A stretch of 32,000 bases of DNA from Bacteroides phage crAss002. Positions 18,386-27,207 of this stretch are shown here, piece by piece. The DNA lies in sequence record NC_055828.1; one strand, written 5' to 3'. Position 1 is the first letter of the stretch. Each line of letters starts with the position of its first letter. The position numbers and the translations under genes were made by a program. Below the pieces are notes generated by a model, which had not been told where the DNA came from, ran no database searches, and was given only the letters and a program-made list of their open reading frames with translations.

Positions 18386-19852
18386 TTATTCTCCTATTAT
18401 GAAATCATTTTCACTATCTTTAACTATTTCATAGTCTCTTCCTCCTTTCGTTTCTGCTAGCTTCTTTTCTTCATTCGTACCTTTACAATATACCTTATAT
18501 ATTATATTAGGTACGGAACTAAAAGATAGATTAGGTATTCGATATTTTAAGTCTCGTATTGAGCTGCAAAGAGGTGAAGTGAAAATCACTATATCTACAA
18601 CTCCTATAAAGCTCGTATCAATAGAATTATTTGCCGACAATACTTTCATATAGTCGTCATTAAATAGCTCCAAATTTCGCGTTCTCTGCGCTCTTGCTTG
18701 CATGATTACTGGCTGTCCGATTTTAGCTCCCGTCTTATATACTTTCGGTTTACCTTTCTTATCATAAGCCTGTATTCCTTCCATATCATTATGATAGTTT
18801 CCGCAATAGTCATATTGTAGAATACTCATTCCAGTTTGGAATATCTCACCATTAGTCATAATAGATTTACCTTCATATTTTATATTAGCATTTAGGTACT
18901 CTGTTATCTTTCCGGCAAACACTCCATTCTTTGAAATAATAAGTATTCTTTTGCCTATATTTTCCTTAACTATATCAAGTATTACATCTAGCTTAACAAT
19001 ATTATCAGTAACTACCTTAGTACGTTCTCTAATAATATTATAAGTTTGAGTAACTCTCTCGACTAAAGCACTAGGATTATATAATTCATCAATCTTACGA
19101 CACATTGCATCTGTCATATCCATTTTAGCAGACCAACCATTACTTTCTGCTACTTGTAATCTACAAGTTTCAGCAGCAATATTAAGTCTAGTATTACCAA
19201 CACGACATTCTTCTAACTTTTCAAAAGTACCAAATATAGTAATACTTTCATTAATATATTGGCTGCATTTATCATAATAGATTCTATCAGCATCAGTTAG
19301 AATAACACCCTTTTGGTACTCCTTTATGGGGGAATGAATAGAACGATTAATTAAGTGGGCATAATTAATTTCATATACTTTAGGAGCATACTTATACATA
19401 AGTACAGCATTATCAGCAACACTATCAATAGCATTAGTAGCAAGTAGTTTAAACTTAAAATAGTTACCACTATATTTCTCTGCAATCTTTCTGAACTTCT
19501 TTACATTAATAGTAATAAGTACATCTTTATGACTACTAGGACTAGGTTTATACGGAGAACGTTCAACATATTCACGGGTAAGTATAAGACATTTCTTATC
19601 AGTTATTAATTGTTTATGAATCTCTTTAAATTCAGAAGTATTATCAAGATAATAAGTAATATTAGCTCTATCTTCCATAGTCTCTGTTATAATAAGAGAT
19701 GTTAAGTCAGGAGTTTTAGCTACCATTTTATCTAATACCATTGTAACGAAATTCATTACACTTAATGGTTCGGATAGAATAACACTACCCACACCTTTGT
19801 TAGCAGACCATTTATTAGCAGCTTCATTATAAATATCGGTTACATCATTCAT
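18386..19852 (-). CDS. SNF2/SF2 helicase-like protein, apparently with degenerate ATPase motifs
   Basis: Overall layout and C-terminal half (KRILIISKNGVFAGKITEYL...VIMQARAQRTRNLELFN...VVDIVIFTSPLCSSIRDLKYRIP) resemble the helicase C domain; no clear Walker A/GKT. Confidence 0.45.
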   Translation of the reverse strand: MNDVTDIYNEAANKWSANKGVGSVILSEPLSVMNFVTMVLDKMVAKTPDLTSLIITETMEDRANITYYLDNTSEFKEIHKQLITDKKCLILTREYVERSPYKPSPSSHKDVLITINVKKFRKIAEKYSGNYFKFKLLATNAIDSVADNAVLMYKYAPKVYEINYAHLINRSIHSPIKEYQKGVILTDADRIYYDKCSQYINESITIFGTFEKLEECRVGNTRLNIAAETCRLQVAESNGWSAKMDMTDAMCRKIDELYNPSALVERVTQTYNIIRERTKVVTDNIVKLDVILDIVKENIGKRILIISKNGVFAGKITEYLNANIKYEGKSIMTNGEIFQTGMSILQYDYCGNYHNDMEGIQAYDKKGKPKVYKTGAKIGQPVIMQARAQRTRNLELFNDDYMKVLSANNSIDTSFIGVVDIVIFTSPLCSSIRDLKYRIPNLSFSSVPNIIYKVYCKGTNEEKKLAETKGGRDYEIVKDSENDFIIGE

Positions 19853-20088
19853 AATACAAGTTGTCCTTTATACCATTTAATACTAGTAAGAACATGACTA
19901 CGATTAAGAGGACTATGTAGAAGAATAATATCACTACTTACAAAATCATTCCAACCACAATCTTCAACAAGAGATAAGATTAAACATTCTAATACTATAT
20001 TATAGCCTACTACCATTCCTTTAAGACTACCATAGTCAATTTCCTTTCCTAGATTATTTATACATATCTTTTCTATATCCATATTCAA
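19849..20088 (-). CDS. hypothetical protein, 79 aa, paralogue of next gene
   Basis: MDIEKICINNLGKEIDYGSLKGMVVGYNIVLECLILSL aligned to MDIEKICKDNLGKIVDYKGFKAKVIGYNIAINYLIVSL. Confidence 0.75.
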   Translation of the reverse strand: MNMDIEKICINNLGKEIDYGSLKGMVVGYNIVLECLILSLVEDCGWNDFVSSDIILLHSPLNRSHVLTSIKWYKGQLVL

Positions 20089-20333
20089 GTAATTTTTAGT
20101 TCCTCTTTATAAGCATTAGGATGAATATAAGCATAACTAAAGTTACCGTTTTCATTTAGTATAATAATATTACTATCGTTTCCAATCAATTCGTAATTAG
20201 TAACAGGACTAAGAGAAACAATAAGATAATTAATTGCTATATTATAACCTATAACCTTAGCTTTGAAACCTTTATAATCAACTATTTTTCCTAAGTTGTC
20301 TTTGCATATCTTTTCTATATCCATATCAGTCAA
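20085..20333 (-). CDS. hypothetical protein, 82 aa, tandem paralogue
   Basis: See 19849-20088. Confidence 0.75.
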   Translation of the reverse strand: MTDMDIEKICKDNLGKIVDYKGFKAKVIGYNIAINYLIVSLSPVTNYELIGNDSNIIILNENGNFSYAYIHPNAYKEELKIT

Positions 20334-22596
20334 ATAAAGTATTTCTCATTCCATAGTATTTCTTAACTAAACGTTTACCTTTACCTTTATTATTACGACT
20401 TTGCTCTATTGGTTCTATAATAGCCATAGCTTCATTATAATAATATAAGTAATTAACATTTAATTCAGATATATCAGTATCATCAACAGTATTACATATA
20501 GAAACACGTTGACCTGCACATAGAGAACTTTTCTTAACTTGTTCTTCATTATGTTCGTTCCAGCCCATACTCTCGACTTTCATCAATGTTCCCCCCGTAG
20601 AGGAGATGTAAAACCTTGTATTCCTCTGCACTACATCTGTTCTTATCTTTCCGTCTACAACATGAGTAAACTCTAGTCTATACTTATGATTAACATTTTG
20701 AGTACGACAGAAATCAAGAATAGATTTAGCATTTCTAAGAGTTTCCATAACAGGAGTACCATTAATAAAATATTCAGTAACACATTTAGCTACAATAGGA
20801 GAATTATATCCTTTAGATAAATCCTCTAAGAACATCTTAGGATTCATTCTACCTTTGAACTTTCTGCCATTATTTGGTTTAACAGTAAGATAACTATTTA
20901 CTCCTTCTGTAACATATTTAATATAAGGAGTAAATTCACCAGTTAAACCAACTACTTTTTCCCATTCATGACAAAGATTACAATATAATTCAAACTTATC
21001 TTTAGGTATTATCGAAACAATACCGTCAGTATTAGCACTTATTATATGAATTCCTGCAAGTTCAAGTTTTTCTATTAACATCAATAGAAATAATTGACCA
21101 TTAATAGTTACTTGATACATTGCTTTTTTATCACATAGGAACGATTGTTCACTTCCCATTTTACCAAATATACCAGCATTTGCTACAATCTTTAGACAAG
21201 CAGCAGCAGTAGCATGTTTATCTCTTTCTATAACATCAAGAGATTTATCTTTGGCTAAATGTTTATGTTCTAGTCGTTCATCAACAATAGTATCAGCTAT
21301 ACGAAACCATGCTTTAGGAAGTAGATGTTTCTGACATACTTTAAGACTTCTAATAATATTAGGATACATTGAATTAATATCAAAGTCACAGATATATATA
21401 TCAGAAGTACTAACTCCAACAGCACCATTACTATCGTAAGGATTACCAACAGTAATATCAGTAGCACCTGAATAATCAGCAGAACTATGGTAAATGTTCG
21501 GAATCTCGTTTGAGTGTAAACCGCCTGTTGCGATAGTGTATGACGTGCCCATGAAGGTAAATTCCCTGTCAAATTCGCCCTTTTCCCCACGTAGGGTTAG
21601 CGAACGTATGCCCGACAAAATATCGTTCAATTCAGGGGTCGAAAATGCGATTTTATCTGACAAGATTTCGGAAACCAAAATTTTCCTACGTATTGTCTTA
21701 GTATCAATAAAGGCTTTAGGATGTAGACCAGTAAACTTACTATATAGTTTGACAATAACTTTATCAGCTATTGTACTTCTACTAGCAGAATACACATCTA
21801 CCTTATATTCTTCACTAATACGATACCTTAAAAGAACTTCTTCCTGATTCATTCTGATTAGCTCGGCGACAATATATACATCATTGTCATTATAATCAGC
21901 CATTTCATTAAGATATTCTTTAGGAATAAATCGCTCAAAAACATTACGATAATGAATATTAAGTTCTCTATCAGTCATCCCCTTTGCTTCGGGTAATCTC
22001 TCGTGATAATAATGTCTATCTAAATCACCAATAGGTGGCATAGTATACTCTTTTAGATTATACCATTTAATATTAATAGAAGTCTGTTTAAGACTTTTAT
22101 GATAATGGTCTAACCTAAATATTTGGAACAAATCTAAATCCCTAAATGCAACGTTATTACGAAGTATAAGAGAAGTAAAATTATCAGTCCAAAGAGTATC
22201 ATTATTAGAACTACGAATAACTCTCTGTGATGTTTCATATAAGAATGTGATTAACTTACTAGGCTTATCAAATTGATTATAATACATAAGCAATGCACTC
22301 AACATTAAGCGGTCGTACTTCCGATTATTATATCCGAAATAGTCTGCTTTTTGTTGTAACCAATATAATAAACTGAATAAATCAGTATCATCATCTTCAT
22401 ATAAAACAAAACGTTTCTTAGATATTGTTTCTAAACGTTGTTTTATCTCTGCAACAGTAAGTTTATCAATAAGAGGAATAGCTTTTCCTTCATTATCAAC
22501 ACAATCACTAAATACTTTGAGATAACTACGTAAATCAACAAATACTACCGAGAAGTAATTTCTAGTTACTTCGACATCATAACACATAGAGTTCAT
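20326..22596 (-). CDS. family B DNA polymerase with 3'-5' exonuclease domain
   Basis: Exo motifs YDVEVT and FGYNNRKYD; motif A CDFDINSMYPN-like (CDINSMYPNIIRSL); motif B KHATAAACLKIVANAGIFGKMGSE; motif C ISANTDGIVSII. Confidence 0.95.
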   Translation of the reverse strand: MNSMCYDVEVTRNYFSVVFVDLRSYLKVFSDCVDNEGKAIPLIDKLTVAEIKQRLETISKKRFVLYEDDDTDLFSLLYWLQQKADYFGYNNRKYDRLMLSALLMYYNQFDKPSKLITFLYETSQRVIRSSNNDTLWTDNFTSLILRNNVAFRDLDLFQIFRLDHYHKSLKQTSINIKWYNLKEYTMPPIGDLDRHYYHERLPEAKGMTDRELNIHYRNVFERFIPKEYLNEMADYNDNDVYIVAELIRMNQEEVLLRYRISEEYKVDVYSASRSTIADKVIVKLYSKFTGLHPKAFIDTKTIRRKILVSEILSDKIAFSTPELNDILSGIRSLTLRGEKGEFDREFTFMGTSYTIATGGLHSNEIPNIYHSSADYSGATDITVGNPYDSNGAVGVSTSDIYICDFDINSMYPNIIRSLKVCQKHLLPKAWFRIADTIVDERLEHKHLAKDKSLDVIERDKHATAAACLKIVANAGIFGKMGSEQSFLCDKKAMYQVTINGQLFLLMLIEKLELAGIHIISANTDGIVSIIPKDKFELYCNLCHEWEKVVGLTGEFTPYIKYVTEGVNSYLTVKPNNGRKFKGRMNPKMFLEDLSKGYNSPIVAKCVTEYFINGTPVMETLRNAKSILDFCRTQNVNHKYRLEFTHVVDGKIRTDVVQRNTRFYISSTGGTLMKVESMGWNEHNEEQVKKSSLCAGQRVSICNTVDDTDISELNVNYLYYYNEAMAIIEPIEQSRNNKGKGKRLVKKYYGMRNTLFD

Positions 22597-22609
22597 ACTT
22601 ACACTTTAT

Positions 22610-24067
22610 TTATTGTCCATAACACAAATATAAACGATTTTTACATCTACTACAAGCTGTATATAATCTACGAAGGGTTTCATCTATATTTCCCCAAGGA
22701 TTACCAGTTCTAGTATCAAATACAATATCATTTATGTCTACATACACATCAGCATAAGTACTTCCTTGTGCTTTATTTGCAGTAAGAGCAAAACCATAAT
22801 CTAAATCACGACTGAATTTTATCTTATTAGTAGCTTTATCTAATAGATTAACTAATAATAAGTTTCTTTCCCTAAATTCATAGTATTCTTTCCAACGTTT
22901 AGTTCTATTATATTTATCAGCATTAATAGCATTATAAATATAAGATTCACCTAACTTATAATAAAGCATAGCATTATTAAAATCAGAATGGTCTACTACA
23001 AATAAAGGCTTAGTTCTATTACCACCATTAACTCGTATGAAGGTTACATTAAATCCATGAATATTATCTCTATTAGTAAAGTTCTTAATATCATGTATTA
23101 TATAATCTTCGGAATTAATAATAATAGGTTCTTTAAAATCATCAATAAAAGTATTATAAGACATTACTAAATCATTCTTAGTTAGAATTGCTTTACCACT
23201 ATCTTCAATAATATTCTTACGAATGAATTTATTCCAGTCAGACACAGATTTATTAGTATAAGTAACGAGACGACAAGTATCAACATCTTTAGTAAATTCT
23301 TCATTATAAAATCCGTCTATTACAAGAGATTGAAACTCAAATGCACCACAAGTATAATATCCTTTAGTTTGAGTAGAATCAAAAGCATACCGATTTCTAT
23401 TGATAAACTCTAGGAACTTCCAAGTTCTATTATCAATATCCTTTCTCAATATCCTTAATAATTCACTAACAGGATTACTTTCTTCTTGTCTTACAATCTG
23501 TCTAAGAGTATAAAACTTAATATTATCGAAACAACGTGAGCGAGTTTCTTTAACTGGCTGGAGCTGGTGCGCATCACCCATGTAAATCAACATGCACTTA
23601 AACTGTTCACATTCTCTTTCTATCAGAGTTTTAAGATTAATACCAATCATAGATGCTTCATCAACAATATATAATTTATATTGTTTAATCTTCTTTTCAG
23701 CTAAAGGGTCAAAAGGAGGATTATTAACATCAAAATCAGTAACATCTGTATTAAGTCTTAAACCTAAGTCACTAGCAACAGTAGATGTAGCATATCCAGT
23801 AGACAAACGAAGAACACGAGCAGCTTTATGAGTAGGAGCAGCAAGTCCAATAACAGATTTAGCTAAACCACATCTCTTTATTACTTCACGTATCATATAT
23901 GTTTTTCCAGTACCCGCAGAACCAATAAGAGCACGTTTATAATCGCCTTCAACATAACCTTTTTTTATAAAGGCTACAAGATTCTCATAAGCAATCTTTT
24001 GGTCACGAGTAAAACTATTTAAGACACTATCATCTTTCTTAGCATCATCAAACTTTTCAAAATTCAT
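22610..24067 (-). CDS. SF1 DNA helicase (Dda/RecD/Pif1-like)
   Basis: Walker A IGSAGTGKTYM, Ia APTHKAA, Walker B YIVDEASM, III MGDAHQLQPV, VI LTANKAQGSTYADVYVD and YTACSRCKNRLYL. Confidence 0.94.
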   Translation of the reverse strand: MNFEKFDDAKKDDSVLNSFTRDQKIAYENLVAFIKKGYVEGDYKRALIGSAGTGKTYMIREVIKRCGLAKSVIGLAAPTHKAARVLRLSTGYATSTVASDLGLRLNTDVTDFDVNNPPFDPLAEKKIKQYKLYIVDEASMIGINLKTLIERECEQFKCMLIYMGDAHQLQPVKETRSRCFDNIKFYTLRQIVRQEESNPVSELLRILRKDIDNRTWKFLEFINRNRYAFDSTQTKGYYTCGAFEFQSLVIDGFYNEEFTKDVDTCRLVTYTNKSVSDWNKFIRKNIIEDSGKAILTKNDLVMSYNTFIDDFKEPIIINSEDYIIHDIKNFTNRDNIHGFNVTFIRVNGGNRTKPLFVVDHSDFNNAMLYYKLGESYIYNAINADKYNRTKRWKEYYEFRERNLLLVNLLDKATNKIKFSRDLDYGFALTANKAQGSTYADVYVDINDIVFDTRTGNPWGNIDETLRRLYTACSRCKNRLYLCYGQ

Positions 24068-24440
24068 TGCATTTCAATAAAAATTTATCAATATTATCAC
24101 GACATTTAAGAATATAACCTTTAACTGGTAATCCTATCTTAAATGGAATATAACAACTAGGCATAGTACAATAAGCATCAGTACATCTAACAATCTTAGT
24201 AGGTCTACCATGACTATCCAATGCACGAGTATATATTGTCTTAAAGCCTTTACATGAGTATGAACGTTCAGATAATGTAATAAGTTCATCAGTACCTTTA
24301 GGATTGAACTTATATTCATTGTTATGTAGAACAATAGTACCTACAACAATTTGCATTATTACTTTCTCACGAGGAATCTTCTTATTCTCATTAACTGCTG
24401 ATAACTTAAAACTTAGTCCCATATTACTAAGATTTAACAA
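24057..24440 (-). CDS. hypothetical protein, 127 aa
   Basis: ORF in operon orientation. Confidence 0.65.
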   Translation of the reverse strand: MLNLSNMGLSFKLSAVNENKKIPREKVIMQIVVGTIVLHNNEYKFNPKGTDELITLSERSYSCKGFKTIYTRALDSHGRPTKIVRCTDAYCTMPSCYIPFKIGLPVKGYILKCRDNIDKFLLKCNEF

Positions 24441-24678
24441 TTTGATTAGGAAGATATTGTATACAACACGCTCCTTTACGGGGGAATATCTTATACTTAT
24501 CAGTATTCATAATCCTAGGTAACGGAATAATTTCACAACATCTATCATCATGAACATCTATAATAATGCAATGATAAGCATTAACATCTGCATCATGAGA
24601 TATAACAGCTTTAAGTCCTTCAAAATATACATCAAACGTACTATCAGGATTAACACATTGTTTTAAATCTACAACCAT
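24427..24678 (-). CDS. hypothetical protein, 83 aa
   Basis: Start placed at MVVDLKQCV; the track extension to 24780 lies within the upstream gene. Confidence 0.6.
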   Translation of the reverse strand: MVVDLKQCVNPDSTFDVYFEGLKAVISHDADVNAYHCIIIDVHDDRCCEIIPLPRIMNTDKYKIFPRKGACCIQYLPNQIVKS

Positions 24679-24679
24679 A

Positions 24680-24991
24680 TTAATTAGCTTTAGTTTTATA
24701 TATTTCGTATAACTTAGTAAATTCATCAGAAGGCATACATACAATAGGAGTATTAGTATGCATTTGGTCTTTAGGAACAATACAATTTCTAGCAGTAACT
24801 ATTCTATCATCTTCAACAAATATAGTTTCAAGAACTAAACAATTACCACCATCTAGTATTTCCTTACACTTAGGACAAACATATATCTTGTCTGTACCAA
24901 ATACAATAAGCTCATCACCACAAACTAGACATTTACCAGTTGTGACAATGAGCCTACCATTATCTTGTTTAAACTCGTTTAACTTCGGCAT
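24680..24991 (-). CDS. zinc-ribbon-containing hypothetical protein, about 103 aa
   Basis: CLVCG...YVCPKCK; start placed at MPKLNEF (24991) since the upstream small ORF ends at 24969. Confidence 0.65.
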   Translation of the reverse strand: MPKLNEFKQDNGRLIVTTGKCLVCGDELIVFGTDKIYVCPKCKEILDGGNCLVLETIFVEDDRIVTARNCIVPKDQMHTNTPIVCMPSDEFTKLYEIYKTKAN

Positions 24992-25115
24992 AACTAGGAA
25001 TACGTCTCCTTTCTTCCATTTTAACGAGTTTAACACTTTCAAATACATTAAGAGTAAAAGCTACTAATTTATAGCTCTTCTCTTGTCTTCCAAGTTTTAC
25101 TTTCCTTTTAATCAT
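24969..25115 (-). CDS. hypothetical basic 48-aa protein (not in supplied track)
   Basis: MIKRKVKLGRQEKSYKLVAFTLNVFESVKLVKMEERRRIPSYAEVKRV*. Confidence 0.45.
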   Translation of the reverse strand: MIKRKVKLGRQEKSYKLVAFTLNVFESVKLVKMEERRRIPSYAEVKRV

Positions 25116-25138
25116 TACGTTTAGTATTTAATTATTAT

Positions 25139-25480
25139 TTAATAGGAGCATCTGACCGCTCCGCTTCGCTCCGCTTTCTTCCCCCGTAAAGGGAGTAGTG
25201 ATTCTGTTACTTTCTTCTTTATTTCATTTAGAGTTCTACTATTAACAACAGCATTATTGTTTTTTACTTCATCGCTACATAAAGAATTACTATATAAAGT
25301 TTTACTATATAATTCTTTTACATTGCTTTCAGTATCATAAATGAATAAATAGAAACCAACATAAGTAGTAGGTTTAGCTCTACCAAGATGAATATCAATA
25401 GATAGATATTCTTTACCTAATACTTTTACCTGTAACTTTTGAAGTTCTCTAACTAGTTTAATAAATTCTTTTTCTTCCAT
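25139..25480 (-). CDS. hypothetical protein, up to 113 aa
   Basis: ORF with a coherent start; its last residues run into dispersed motif copy J (25179-25195) and the CCGCTCCGCTTCGCTCCGC tail, so the 3' end looks atypical. Confidence 0.55.
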   Translation of the reverse strand: MEEKEFIKLVRELQKLQVKVLGKEYLSIDIHLGRAKPTTYVGFYLFIYDTESNVKELYSKTLYSNSLCSDEVKNNNAVVNSRTLNEIKKKVTESLLPLRGKKAERSGAVRCSY

Positions 25481-25511
25481 GTCGGTATATAGTTTTAATT
25501 AATAATCATAG

Positions 25512-25536
25512 AAAAAGGAGCAGACGCTTCTGCTCC
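25512..25536 (-). terminator. Intrinsic terminator between the hairpin array and the 113-aa gene
   Basis: - strand GGAGCAGA-AGCG-TCTGCTCC followed by TTTTTC. Confidence 0.88.
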
Positions 25537-25568
25537 AAACTAAATAATTAACATTATAAAAGTCCTAA

Positions 25569-25855
25569 TTCTATCTCACGACAGTAATTTAACTAGGGGT
25601 AAAAATTGAGTAAAGTTTTGTTCTATCTCACGACAGTAATTAATAAACTTGTAACAAACACAAATACTATGTATTTATAGCTGACATTTTACGAAGAGGA
25701 TTTCCCTTACTTCAACCATTTGGTTAATGTTTCAACTTAGATTAGTCATCATCAGAGCTATCAGAATAAGTAATAGTACGATTCTCACGAACAGTACTAT
25801 TCAATTAATAATTCCATAAAACCAATAGCTATAATTCTCACGAACAATAGTTATT
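25569..25855 (-). ncRNA. Candidate structured RNA/leader with four copies of a conserved-loop hairpin motif
   Basis: TCTCACGA (+) at 25574-25581 and 25625-25632 inside an exactly repeated 21-mer TTCTATCTCACGACAGTAATT (25569-25589; 25621-25641), and in 14-nt loops of hairpins 25772-25801 and 25824-25855; terminator at 25512-25536. Strand inferred from gene direction. Confidence 0.5.
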
Positions 25856-25907
25856 ATACTACAATACGACAAAATTTTAGTTTAACTAAAACAGACAAAA
25901 CAAAATA

Positions 25908-26438
25908 TCAATCTTTATATATCTTACGATAATCTACAAAATAATATTTAGGATTAGTTATAATAAAGTTTTCAACAATATCTGCTGCTTCATTAGGATT
26001 ATTTCCTTTATAAATATTAATAGGATTTTTTCCTGTAAAAGCATTTCTAAATCTATTATACTTATCAAGAAAAACTAAATTATCATCAGAAGAATAAAAT
26101 ACAGTGTATACATTATTTTCTTTCTCGTGATACTTCTTACAAAGATTATCATAACCTTCCATTGTTTTATCACGAAGTTCTTCCATATATTTGACGTAAT
26201 TAGTCATTATATCATCCCATTGTTCAATAGCTTTAATCTTATCTTCAATAGGATAATCATCTTCAAGAATATTATTAAGAAGAATATTTAACTTCTTAAC
26301 ATTAAGACTTTCAACATCATCTTTAAGTGATTCATTAAGTCCACCTTCAATAAACTGTCTATGAAATTCTTTCTTAGCTTTAGCTAAAACATCATCACCC
26401 ATAACAGCTACAAATATTGATTCAATAATTTCTTCCAT
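25908..26438 (-). CDS. hypothetical protein, 176 aa
   Basis: Long ORF, helical-looking, flanked by the structured intergenic regions. Confidence 0.8.
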   Translation of the reverse strand: MEEIIESIFVAVMGDDVLAKAKKEFHRQFIEGGLNESLKDDVESLNVKKLNILLNNILEDDYPIEDKIKAIEQWDDIMTNYVKYMEELRDKTMEGYDNLCKKYHEKENNVYTVFYSSDDNLVFLDKYNRFRNAFTGKNPINIYKGNNPNEAADIVENFIITNPKYYFVDYRKIYKD

Positions 26439-26464
26439 TATAATAAGTTTTATAAGTTAGACAA

Positions 26465-26520
26465 TAAAAAACTCTACTAATATTATTCTAATCTCACGAC
26501 CTGAATAATCTTAATAGAGT
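26465..26520 (-). terminator. Hairpin of the conserved-loop family followed by a T tract (attenuator/terminator candidate)
   Basis: Outer stem ACTCTA (26471-26476) / TAGAGT (26515-26520), inner ATTATTC (26482-26488) / GAATAAT (26503-26509), 14-nt loop TAATCTCACGACCT; - strand continues TTTTTTATT. Confidence 0.6.
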
Positions 26521-26582
26521 GGAAACCGACATTTATTTTAACCCTTTTGTCAGATATTAATTAAATAGAGTACGTATCGGCA

Positions 26583-26966
26583 TTATACTAAACGTAAAAT
26601 AATAACTGCAATAGCTCCTAAAGCAATAAGAGAAGCAATAACAAAACAAACAGTATTATACTGTCTCTTAGCTTTAAGCTCTTCATAATCTTTATTAGCT
26701 TTATCTAACTTAGATTCGAGAAATTTAATGCTGTCTTTAAGAGCTTTATTATTAGCTTCCAATTGATTATTAGCAGCACTTAATTTAGAAGACATACTAC
26801 GAAGAGCTTTATCTTCATTACAAATATTCTCATACATGACCTTATAATGATTAAGACCAGCATCAGACTTTTCATTAGATTTACGTAGACGAATAACTTC
26901 TGTCTTTAATTCGTTAACTGTTGGACGTTTCTTACTAAGAACATCGACTTTTTTCTTTTCATTCAT
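26583..26966 (-). CDS. coiled-coil protein with C-terminal transmembrane segment, 127 aa
   Basis: Heptad-like central region then YNTVCFVIASLIALGAIAVIILRLV at the C-terminus. Confidence 0.75.
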   Translation of the reverse strand: MNEKKKVDVLSKKRPTVNELKTEVIRLRKSNEKSDAGLNHYKVMYENICNEDKALRSMSSKLSAANNQLEANNKALKDSIKFLESKLDKANKDYEELKAKRQYNTVCFVIASLIALGAIAVIILRLV

Positions 26967-26982
26967 AACTATTAGTATTTAA

Positions 26983-27195
26983 TTAATCTTCAATATGAGT
27001 TATATCTAAGTCGAGGTCTATGTTATCCTCGCTTAGAGTATTTCCAGTATTCCAATTATTAGCCATTTCACAGTCGAGATAGTCTATATCAGCTACCAAA
27101 CCACAAATAGGAAATTCTACACCTTCGTCATACATAATCTTAAATTTTGTAATACGGATGCAAGTATAGCAATAAATAATGGAAATACCAAACAA
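26983..27195 (-). CDS. hypothetical acidic protein, up to 70 aa
   Basis: ORF; N-terminal part may be an extension. Confidence 0.5.
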   Translation of the reverse strand: MFGISIIYCYTCIRITKFKIMYDEGVEFPICGLVADIDYLDCEMANNWNTGNTLSEDNIDLDLDITHIED

Positions 27196-27207
27196 TAATG
27201 ATAATAT

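Noticed and set aside
25569-25855. CRISPR array
   Set aside because: Copies are short (8-21 nt identity), irregularly spaced, and some are hairpin loops with different stems; no repeat-spacer regularity and no cas genes.
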